NCBI GenBank assembly: GCA_037388025.1
Contig: JARRKO010000006.1
Span: 57,067 to 121,066 of the forward strand
Length of the DNA: 64,000 bases
Source: Syntrophobacterales bacterium
GTDB taxonomy: Bacteria > Desulfobacterota > Desulfobaccia > Desulfobaccales > 0-14-0-80-60-11
Direction of reading: 5' to 3'
Shown: positions 19,766 through 27,993 of the stretch, in pieces
How the letters are laid out: every line of letters starts with the position of its first letter
Position numbering within the stretch: position 1 is the first letter of the stretch
Made by a program: the position numbers and the translations under genes
Notes under the pieces: model-generated
Databases searched by the model: none
What the model was told of the DNA's origin: nothing
The model's input: the letters and a program-made list of their open reading frames with translations, nothing else

Positions 19766-20749
19766 TCAGCCCTCCTCTTTTTTGGATTGAGAGTGGAGCC
19801 AGACACTTAACTCACTAGCTGCCTCATCAGGAGTCAGGCCGCTAAGTACTAAATCGGCTGTGGTCGTAACTGGACTAAGTCTTCCATCACTACTTGTGCT
19901 AAAGCAAACGCGGGTAAGTTTCCGGTTGGGAAATATCTCACCATTCCATTCTCTTAGTGTCCAATTTGCTGCGCTTCCTGGAGACTGAATACCGTATCTC
20001 GCACTATCGATTGCCAGGACACACACACATTGGCCATAACCATATTTAAGGAGGCGTTCGAGTTTTGCCTCGTCTCTTTGTACTAATTTAAGTGCACGCG
20101 ACTTAGGCAAGGCAAGTAAATCCAACCAAGACATCAGCCCGTTTTTGACCAGGGCGTATGCAAGAGATAGTGGTAGGGTTTTGTGGTTGTCCTTCCATTT
20201 CCAACTAATAAAAACGCTCTTTCGAGCAGAATCTGAAAGTTCCTGAAGTGGCGTGGAGTGTATTTCATCTAGCAATGGGCTTCCTTTCGAATGAATATGG
20301 ACTATCGTTGGTCGCTGTAATTTTTTCCCATATTCAGGGTGCCAATCGCTCTGCCGGTCAGTTAAAGTCCAAGTCGAACCAGAAGCTCTCTCGAAGACCG
20401 TGCTGATTAGTGCAGGTCCAGCATCATTGTGGCCAAAGAATGTCGAGTTCGATGTGCCTTTGGCGATCCATTTGAATTCTCGAAAATGGTTCAGTAAGTC
20501 GGGACTTACCTCAAGGTTTGGGTCTTCTCGCTCCCAGACACCTGCCAGTTCCATTCGTGCGACTAGCGCAGGGTTTCTTCCTGGGAGAGACGAAACAACC
20601 CATAAAATGCTTCCTTGGGCTAGTTTTGAAGCAAATACCCTGTCATCATTGCTCCCATAAACGAAAGATGGCTGATCGTGAGTTAAGACCAATCGTTTCC
20701 AATCCGTAACACGCTTACGCTGCACATAACATAAAGCCTGGTTTGCCAT
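19766..20749 (-). CDS. TIR domain protein with an uncharacterised N-terminal domain
   Basis: C-terminal SVFISW...LSLAYAL...SWLD...VLAIDSARY...NWTLREW pattern; visibly lower GC than the flanks. Confidence 0.7.
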   Translation of the reverse strand: MANQALCYVQRKRVTDWKRLVLTHDQPSFVYGSNDDRVFASKLAQGSILWVVSSLPGRNPALVARMELAGVWEREDPNLEVSPDLLNHFREFKWIAKGTSNSTFFGHNDAGPALISTVFERASGSTWTLTDRQSDWHPEYGKKLQRPTIVHIHSKGSPLLDEIHSTPLQELSDSARKSVFISWKWKDNHKTLPLSLAYALVKNGLMSWLDLLALPKSRALKLVQRDEAKLERLLKYGYGQCVCVLAIDSARYGIQSPGSAANWTLREWNGEIFPNRKLTRVCFSTSSDGRLSPVTTTADLVLSGLTPDEAASELSVWLHSQSKKEEG

Positions 20750-20892
20750 AACCTATGAACCTCTGTAATTTATATTGAGCAGATATTTCTCGATCTTCTC
20801 ACATGTTCACATTATATGGTAACCTTGGTGAAAATTCAAAAATTTGAGGCTGTGGTTTCTGGATAAGAGAATTAACACCAGGAGCACAACTC

Positions 20893-21942
20893 TCAGATAT
20901 CCCAAAAGCTCAACTGTCTCTTAGACTTGGGCGCCGGCTCTACCTTCATAAGAAACTTTTCGGCAATCATCTGTGCCAGCAGGGGAGCATTGCCCCCGGC
21001 CCGGTTGTTGATGATGACGTTGGCCATCATTCCCTGGTTAACAGCCTGCCACATAATGTCCAAGGTCTCTAGGATCATCTCCGGCCGCAGCATGCCCTCC
21101 ACTAGCTTGTCGAAGGGGAAGGCATTCACATAGGAGTCCTCATAGCGCATACCCAGAGGTGTGAGGAGCCTGATAACGCATTGCTTGCCTGCATTGAAGA
21201 ACCTGCCCCCGGCCTTGGTTAATTGTTTTCTCAAGGGCGGCAACCACGTCCAGTGGGAGAGAACTTGACCCACCCCGTGCTTCTCCAGCACCTCAAACAT
21301 AGGCTCCCGTAAATACAAATCAGTGCGTGATTCCAGATGATAGCGGCTATCCCTGGGGATCTTTTGGAAGAACTCATCTAAGGCGGCGACCATCTCGGTG
21401 ACCGGAGGTCTACCCTGCTTGGTCAGGTATTCTTGTTCAAATATGAAGCCGGTTAACGCCTGGCCCAGTAGTTCACCAGCCGGCTCATAGAACTGTCGGG
21501 TGAACACATCGCTATCGAGATATGTGGGGTTGTTCCGGTAGCTAGCCCCCCGCCTCAGCTTTGGGGCAGTAGTTATTTGGGGGACTTTAAGCAGGAGCGC
21601 ATCCCCGTCTCGAAGATGCTGTTGATAAGCTTTTAACACCCGATAATTCTGGGTGGGCTGGCCGTTTTCCTCAAGCAAGGGACGATAGAACGTGAAGTCG
21701 ATTTCCAAAATCGGGAAATGCTCAAAGTACTCTGCAACGCTATCTACCGGGAGGACTTTTTCGGTAAAGGTCTGGTCCCTTATCACCTTGGTGCGCTGCC
21801 TGATGCGACCATGATAGCGGTCTTCTGAATAAATCTGTCCCAGCCACCCTGCATACCGGTCACTGGCCGTGCCTATCTTGACTTGAGAGTGGAGGTGGCG
21901 GAACTTGAACTGCTCCCTATCGACGGACGGGGTAAGGGACAT
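20893..21942 (-). CDS. DUF72 domain protein
   Basis: IGTAS..Y.GW.G.IY, YFEHFPILEIDFTFYRP, LKVPQ, INNRAGGNAP; start uncertain (21942 or 21993). Confidence 0.85.
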   Translation of the reverse strand: MSLTPSVDREQFKFRHLHSQVKIGTASDRYAGWLGQIYSEDRYHGRIRQRTKVIRDQTFTEKVLPVDSVAEYFEHFPILEIDFTFYRPLLEENGQPTQNYRVLKAYQQHLRDGDALLLKVPQITTAPKLRRGASYRNNPTYLDSDVFTRQFYEPAGELLGQALTGFIFEQEYLTKQGRPPVTEMVAALDEFFQKIPRDSRYHLESRTDLYLREPMFEVLEKHGVGQVLSHWTWLPPLRKQLTKAGGRFFNAGKQCVIRLLTPLGMRYEDSYVNAFPFDKLVEGMLRPEMILETLDIMWQAVNQGMMANVIINNRAGGNAPLLAQMIAEKFLMKVEPAPKSKRQLSFWDI

Positions 21943-22352
21943 AGTACCAACAATGTAAACCAGGGACGATGGAATGCCAATGGTGGAAGACAAAAGGGAA
22001 CGAAACTGAGCTTAAGGTTCGGATATAAAGACGTTATCTGGAAAAAACGCCAAGGGCGACTAGTGACAAGTTATCGTGCGTTTCAGAATCCGATAATTTC
22101 TTCCTGATTCATGTCCTCTATTCTCCATAGCAGAGGTAGAAGTTGACGGTGTTTGGGCCATTTGTCAATCCCAAAGCAAGGCTAGTTCTTAATAATTTCC
22201 CTGATAAGAATACCATTTTACTCAACAAAGCGGACCATGACTTCAACAAAGCGAGCAATGACTAGTGAGTATAAGTGACCATATAAAAATGATCACTTTT
22301 GTCAATAGAACTATTAATATAAGGATATTATCCTTTATATACTCTATAAAAG

Positions 22353-22385
22353 AAATGTGCACAAAATGTGCACAAAATGTGCACA
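22353..22385. repeat. Three tandem copies of AAATGTGCACA
   Basis: Exact 11-bp unit x3, each containing the palindrome TGTGCACA. Confidence 0.85.
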
Positions 22386-22774
22386 TTTCAAATCCGGAAG
22401 GATATCCCCGGTAGAGCTAACTAAATCCCATCCCCTAAAAAACCTAAAGGCAGGGCCCCAGGGCCCTGCCATGTTATTCAACAAGAATAAAATTACAGAT
22501 GAAAGTAGCTGCTTCTATGTGGGTTCCGTCATAGCACTGCCACTGAATGCGGCCCTCGAAATCCCAGGTCCCGTTGTTAGCCGCCATGAGGGCAGTGGCG
22601 AAGACCTCAAAAGTGTCGGTAGGGGTTATGGGGTCGGTAGCCCAGCGGTTTTCCCTTGACTTTTCTGATAAAACCGGCAAGTTTTATCCTCCAAGAAGGC
22701 TTAGAGTCTGGAGGAAAATCTGGCAAGGAAACTACTTGTTTCTTTACATCAAATAATCAGGCAAAGAGAAATAT

Positions 22775-23032
22775 ATGAAAGATTGTGATGTCAAGCTTTA
22801 TGCCCTGAGCACGTGTATTCATTGTAAGAATGAAAAGGAATTTTTAAATCAATGTGGTATCAAATTCGATTGTGTTGATGTAGATACCATGGAGGTTGAA
22901 CTGAGATAAAAAATTTTGGAAGAAATCCGGAAAATAAATCCTGAGTGTGCTTTTCCAACCCTTGTTATCGGTGACAAGGTCGTCGTTGGTTTTAAGAAAG
23001 ATGAAATTAAGGAGATACTTGATATAAAATGA
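22775..23032 (+). pseudogene. Glutaredoxin-like protein with an internal TAA stop
   Basis: MKDCDVKLYALSTCIHCK...VELR*KILEEIRKINPECAFPTLVIGDKVVVGF; TAA at 22907-22909; ATGA overlap with the FTR gene. Confidence 0.85.
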
Positions 23033-23364
23033 ATGTTGACCAGCTCTATGAATTCTTAAAGGCCAAACAGGAATTGAAGGGCTATTATTTCAATAAAGAT
23101 AAGAAGCGGGTCTTCGATCTCTTAGAAGGTCTGTTGGTTAACAAGGAGCGGTACGGCTACATGTCCTGTCCCTGCAGGCTTTCCGCTGAAGACCCCGATT
23201 GGGATAAAGACATCATTTGCCCTTGTGAGTATCGTGCCGCGGATGTCGCTGAGTATGGCAGTTGTTACTGTAATCTTTATGTGTCTCAGGCCTGGAATGA
23301 AGAAAAGATTCCTCATGGTTATGTGCCGGAGCGGCGGCCTCTAGAAAAAAGATTCCCGCCGTAA
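23029..23364 (+). CDS. Ferredoxin:thioredoxin reductase catalytic-subunit-like protein
   Basis: CPCR, ICPC, CYC cluster/disulfide motifs. Confidence 0.92.
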   Translation: MNVDQLYEFLKAKQELKGYYFNKDKKRVFDLLEGLLVNKERYGYMSCPCRLSAEDPDWDKDIICPCEYRAADVAEYGSCYCNLYVSQAWNEEKIPHGYVPERRPLEKRFPP

Positions 23365-23422
23365 TCTTTCTCCCCGGCAATCTTTTCCAGCAAATCCCCC
23401 CCAGCGGCCTGACCGCGGCAGG

Positions 23423-23698
23423 TCATTCCCCGGGGCAATCATGCTCCAAAGCCTCTCCAAAAATTGCCCCGTGCACCGGGTCAATGCCCACCTTATCCCC
23501 ACAGTGTTGGCATTTGGCAGCCAGGGCCCCCCGAAAGGAGGTGGGGGGATAGCCGGTAACAATACGACTGATGGTAAAGCCCCCCAGGGTATGCCCCTTT
23601 TGGGCCGCAAAGGCCCGGGCCTCCCGGATGAGCTTTGCCCTGTTTTTTCCTAACTGAGACATGGTAATTACTTTCGGCCCTTTCAGAAATCCTGCCAT
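23423..23698 (-). CDS. Small hypothetical protein with a CxxC (zinc-ribbon-like) motif
   Basis: ATG at 23698 after GAGG RBS (MAGFLKGPK...); CQHC and a C-terminal Cys. Confidence 0.6.
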   Translation of the reverse strand: MAGFLKGPKVITMSQLGKNRAKLIREARAFAAQKGHTLGGFTISRIVTGYPPTSFRGALAAKCQHCGDKVGIDPVHGAIFGEALEHDCPGE

Positions 23699-24161
23699 AT
23701 TTTCCTCACCAGAACTGCACACACTTTTTACCAAATTATAACACGTCTTCACCTCTTTTAATCGGCAGAACTCCCGATTAGTAAACCGGGAAGGGGATAG
23801 GGTAGGGGGCCGCGACCAGGCAGCCCGGTCTTCCGGCCCGTGGATCCCTCCCCTGGCTCGACCTGAATGGGCACAGGCTGGCAAAAAATTTTATTTAAGT
23901 TCAGTTAGCTTTGCCTGAATGCTTGTCAGCAAGTATTTGTAAATACAATTATTATTAAGAAGCAGCCCCCATGTTCCGATCCACAGGCCGAGCCCCGTGG
24001 CACTTTCCGAATTGCACTGTGGTTAATGATAGTTACTTTTTGAAAAGGCCTGCGCTCCCCAAAGCCCCGACTCTTTTAGGAAGCCTTACTACCTCCCACG
24101 CAGGGGCCATTTAAGGTCTAGAAAGTGATGGCCGGGTCCTCTTCAGAGGAAGGAGAAACGT

Positions 24162-26474
24162 ATGGACACCTCAAATAACCCCGAAAAGATTCAGCCGGAA
24201 AAGTCTGCGGCCTCTAAACAGGCGACTCCAGAAGGGGAACAGCCCAAAGCCGGCGGCTGGTGGCGTCCGGTAATCCTCCTGGGGCTGGTAATAGCGGTGA
24301 TGGTGCTGGCCTGGGTCTTTGACCTGGGTATGTACTTGGAGTATACCAGGGACTGGATTCGGGGTCTCGGGTCCCTGGGTCCCCTGGTCTTTCTGGTTAT
24401 TTATATCATCGCCGTGGTCACCGCCCTTCCGGGCTCGGTCATCAGCATCGCGGCCGGAGCCCTCTTCGGTTCGGTTCTGGGGGTTATCCTGGTCAGCATC
24501 GGGGCCACCGTCGGCGCCAGTCTGGCTTTTCTGATCTCCCGCTATTTCGCCCGGGAGTCCGTGGTTAACTGGCTGGGGAAGAGCGAGAAATTTCAGCGCC
24601 TGGATCGCCTGACCGAAGAACAAGGCGCCATCATCGTGGCCCTGACGCGGCTGGTCCCTCTTTTTCCTTTTAATCTCCTTAACTACGGTTTCGGGCTGAC
24701 CCGGGTGCCTTTCTGGACCTATGTCTTTTGGTCTTGGTTGTGCATGCTGCCCGGCACCATCCTGTACGTGGTGGGTGCGGACGCGGTGACCAAGGCCCTG
24801 GCCCGACGCCATGTTCCCTGGGTGTTGGTGGTGGCCTTTTTGGCGGCCCTGGTTTTCCTGGTAATCATCGTTAGGTTGGCCAAACGCCGGCTGAGCACCG
24901 CAGAAATGACCGCGGCCACGGCTGGAATGTCTTCCGGTCCAGCAGAGCCCATGACCCTGCCTGAAATGACCCCCCTGGATGAACACAATCAGGAGCTCAT
25001 GGCCAATACTCATCCGGGAGATTGGGTAAATCCGGAGCCCGCGCCGGTCTATAACCTGATGGTCGTCGGGGCCGGCACCGCCGGGCTGGTCTCCGCGGCC
25101 GGGGCCGCCGGCCTGGGGGCCAAGGTGGCCCTGGTGGAACGCCACCTCATGGGCGGCGATTGCCTCAATTACGGCTGCGTGCCTTCCAAGGCGGTTATCC
25201 GCTCCTCCCGGGTGTATGAAGATATTCGTCAGGCCGGCTCTTTGGGCGTGGGGGTGCCGGCAGGGGTGGCGGTGGATTTCCCTGCGGTTATGGCCCGCAT
25301 GCGGCGTCTGCGGGCCGGCATCAGCCACCATGACTCAGCCCAGCGCTTCCGGGACCTGGGGGTGGATGTCTTTTTAGGGCAAGGCCGCTTCACCGGCCCC
25401 GACACCGTGGAGGTGGACGGCAAGACCTTGCGCTTTAAAAAAGCCGTGATCGCCACGGGCGGCAGAGCCGTGCATCCCTCTATCCCAGGTCTGGCCGAGG
25501 CCGGCTACCTCACCAATGAGACGGTGTTTTCCCTGACCGAACGGCCCCGCCGTCTATTGGTCATGGGCGGCGGTCCCCTCGGCTGCGAGTTCGCCCAGGC
25601 CTTTCAGCGTCTGGGCTGCCAGGTGACCCTGCTGCACAAGTACTCCCATATCATGAACCGGGAGGACCCGGACGCCGCCGAAATTATCCAGAATACTTTT
25701 CTCCGGGAAGGCCTCCACCTGATCCTTAACGCCAAGCCCACCCGGGTGGTAAAAACCGAGTCGGGCAAAGCGGTTTCCTATGAGCAGAACGGCACGGAAC
25801 AGGTCATCGAGGTGGACGAGATTTTGATCGGCGCCGGCCGGGCTCCCAACGTGGAGGGCCTCAACCTGGAAGCCGCCGGGGTCAAATATGAAGGGGGCAA
25901 GGGCCGGGGCGTCCTGGTAAACGACAAGCTCCAGACCTCCAACCCCAACATTTACGCAGCCGGGGACATTTGTCTGCCTTACCAGTTCACCCACCTGGCC
26001 GACGCCTCAGCCCGCATCGTCATCCAAAACGCCCTGTTCCTCGGGCGCCGGAAGCTGAGCGCCCTGACCATCCCCTGGTGCACCTATACCGACCCGGAAG
26101 TGGCCCACGTGGGCCTCTCAGAACAAACGGCCCAAAAACAAGGGATTGCTTACCAGGTATTTGTGAAACCTTTGCGGGAAGTGGATCGGGCCATCCTGGA
26201 CGGAGAGGAGGACGGGTTCGTCAAGATCCTGGTCAAAGAAGGCAAGGACCAAATTCTGGGCGCCACCATCGTGGCCCGGCATGCCGGGGAAATGATCAGC
26301 GAGGTGACCTGTGCCATGGCGGGGAAAGTGGGCCTGGGAGCCCTGGCTTACGTTATTCATCCTTACCCGACCCAGGCGGAGGCGATCCGGGCCGTGGGCG
26401 ATCTCTACAACCGCACCCGCCTGACACCCTTCGTGAAAAATCTGTTCACCAAGTTCCTGGCCTGGCGCCGGTGA
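24162..26474 (+). CDS. VTT/SNARE-associated (TVP38/DedA) membrane domain fused to a MerA/Lpd-like FAD-dependent disulfide oxidoreductase
   Basis: N-terminal RLVPLFPFNLLNY; GAGTAG, GGDCLNYGCVPSK, YAAGD, HPYPT. Confidence 0.92.
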   Translation: MDTSNNPEKIQPEKSAASKQATPEGEQPKAGGWWRPVILLGLVIAVMVLAWVFDLGMYLEYTRDWIRGLGSLGPLVFLVIYIIAVVTALPGSVISIAAGALFGSVLGVILVSIGATVGASLAFLISRYFARESVVNWLGKSEKFQRLDRLTEEQGAIIVALTRLVPLFPFNLLNYGFGLTRVPFWTYVFWSWLCMLPGTILYVVGADAVTKALARRHVPWVLVVAFLAALVFLVIIVRLAKRRLSTAEMTAATAGMSSGPAEPMTLPEMTPLDEHNQELMANTHPGDWVNPEPAPVYNLMVVGAGTAGLVSAAGAAGLGAKVALVERHLMGGDCLNYGCVPSKAVIRSSRVYEDIRQAGSLGVGVPAGVAVDFPAVMARMRRLRAGISHHDSAQRFRDLGVDVFLGQGRFTGPDTVEVDGKTLRFKKAVIATGGRAVHPSIPGLAEAGYLTNETVFSLTERPRRLLVMGGGPLGCEFAQAFQRLGCQVTLLHKYSHIMNREDPDAAEIIQNTFLREGLHLILNAKPTRVVKTESGKAVSYEQNGTEQVIEVDEILIGAGRAPNVEGLNLEAAGVKYEGGKGRGVLVNDKLQTSNPNIYAAGDICLPYQFTHLADASARIVIQNALFLGRRKLSALTIPWCTYTDPEVAHVGLSEQTAQKQGIAYQVFVKPLREVDRAILDGEEDGFVKILVKEGKDQILGATIVARHAGEMISEVTCAMAGKVGLGALAYVIHPYPTQAEAIRAVGDLYNRTRLTPFVKNLFTKFLAWRR

Positions 26475-26505
26475 GGGGATCAGTCATCAGTGACCCGCAT
26501 TGATA

Positions 26506-26641
26506 CTAGAAGTCGTTGCCAAATCCTAAAATTTTGGTTTCGGTCATTCTGAGCGAAGCGAAGAATCTCGAATTTTCAATGACTTGAGATCCTTCACTTC
26601 GTTCAGGATGACAGAACCAGAGGTTTTGCAATGGCTTGTAG
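26506..26641. mobile_element. Miniature inverted-repeat element with an internal REP-like pair
   Basis: Ends CTAGAAGTCGTTGCCAAATCC / GGTTTTGCAATGGCTTGTAG are imperfectly inverted; internal GTCATTCTGAGCGAAGCGAAGAATCTC...GAGATCCTTCACTTCGTTCAGGATGAC. Confidence 0.6.
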
Positions 26642-26719
26642 GTTCTTTTTGAAATGACGCATGCGGATGGGCCGACCCAGGTGTCGGCCCAAAAATTAAA
26701 CAGGCGGACACGCGGGTCC

Positions 26720-26803
26720 GCTAACTGCTAACTGCTAACTGCTGACTGCTGACTGCTGACTGTTGACTGTTGACTGCTGATAACTGATCACTGACCACTG
26801 GCC
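26720..26803. repeat. Graded heptamer tandem array (about 12 units)
   Basis: GCTAACT x3, GCTGACT x3, GTTGACT x2, GCTGATA, ACTGATC, ACTGACC, ACTGGCC; runs into the 3' end of the metK-like gene. Confidence 0.88.
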
Positions 26804-27993
26804 TTCAAGAGTTCCACCTTGTCAGTGGCCTCCCAGGGCAAAGAGAGGTCATCCCGCCCCATCTGGCCGTAAACCGCCAGTAGTCGGTAAAATTTGCCCT
26901 GGTGAAGAGACGGCAGGTTGCGGCAGTCAAAGGTCTTGAGAATGCCGGCCAGACGGAAATCGAAATGCTTCTTCACCAAGTCCGTCAGATCTTTATCAGA
27001 GCGGGTGCCGGTACCGAAGGTGTCCACCAGGATGCTCACCGGCCGGGCCAAACCGATGGTGTAGCAGAGCTGCACCTCACACTCCGAAGCCAGGCCGGCG
27101 GCCACTAGATTCTTGGCGGCATAGCGGGCGGCGTAGGCTCCCACCCGGTCGATGCGCAAGGCGTCTTTGCCGCTTAAGGCGCTGCCGCTGTGGCGGCCGA
27201 ATTCCCCGTAGGTGTCCACGTCGCTTTTGCGGCCGGTGAGTCCGGAATGCACTGCCGGCCCGCCCACCAGGAGGTGTTCCACCGGGTTGATGAAGATTTT
27301 GGTCTTTTTGTCCGGTTGCATCTCTCCATCGGCAAACACCGGTTTGATGATGACCTCCATGATGTCATCCTGCACCCGTTTGGAGGACACCGAATTGACT
27401 GTCGCTTTGGTGGAGCTGACAATTACCGTAATGCTGTGGAAACGGTAAGGGCTGCGGTTCCGGTACTCCACGCCCACCTGGGTTTTGGCGTCGGGCGACA
27501 GGTAGGGGATCAGCTTTTCTTTCCTGACCTGATCGATCCGGCGGGCCAGCTTGTGGGCCGTCCAGACGGGCAGGGGCATAAGGCTGGGCGTGTGATTGCA
27601 GGCGAAGCCGAAGACGTTGGCGTGCTGGCGCACATGAATCTTATCGATTTCCTGGTCGGTCAGTTGCTGCTCATTGAAATAGAGGTCCAGATCAGGAGGA
27701 TATTCCTGCAGGCTGGTGAGAATGCTGCAGGTCCGGGCGTCGAAATCCGGCTCCAGATACCCGATTTTACTGATGGTCTTGCGGGCGATATAGGACACAT
27801 CTCCCTTGACTTCCGCCGCAAACCGGGCGGCAATGAACAGAATGGAGGTGGCCACGGCGCACTCAGCCCTCACCCGGGCGTAGGGGTCCAGCTCAAGAAA
27901 ATGGTCGATGATGGCATCGCTCACCTGGTCGCATAGCTTGTCCGGGTGGCCCTCGGTGACGGATTCGGAAGTAAACACATAGTCTTTCTTCAT
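26788..27993 (-). CDS. Divergent methionine adenosyltransferase (MetK) paralogue
   Basis: FTSESVTEGHPDK, PDAK, GLTGRK, SGKD, YAARYAAKN are present; GAGDQG and the GGG signature are altered. Confidence 0.9.
   Translation of the reverse strand: MKKDYVFTSESVTEGHPDKLCDQVSDAIIDHFLELDPYARVRAECAVATSILFIAARFAAEVKGDVSYIARKTISKIGYLEPDFDARTCSILTSLQEYPPDLDLYFNEQQLTDQEIDKIHVRQHANVFGFACNHTPSLMPLPVWTAHKLARRIDQVRKEKLIPYLSPDAKTQVGVEYRNRSPYRFHSITVIVSSTKATVNSVSSKRVQDDIMEVIIKPVFADGEMQPDKKTKIFINPVEHLLVGGPAVHSGLTGRKSDVDTYGEFGRHSGSALSGKDALRIDRVGAYAARYAAKNLVAAGLASECEVQLCYTIGLARPVSILVDTFGTGTRSDKDLTDLVKKHFDFRLAGILKTFDCRNLPSLHQGKFYRLLAVYGQMGRDDLSLPWEATDKVELLKASGQ

Noticed and set aside
22474-22680. 68-aa minus-strand ORF next to the islet end
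   Set aside because: No clear start or RBS and no motif; at most a gene fragment
22907-22909. Selenocysteine/pyrrolysine recoding in the glutaredoxin
   Set aside because: The codon is TAA and lies outside the CxxC site
24162-26474. merA mercury resistance locus
   Set aside because: No C-terminal Cys-Cys pair and no merR/T/P
22353-26803. CRISPR array among the short repeats
   Set aside because: Repeats are contiguous 7-, 11- or 21-mers without unique spacers; no cas genes
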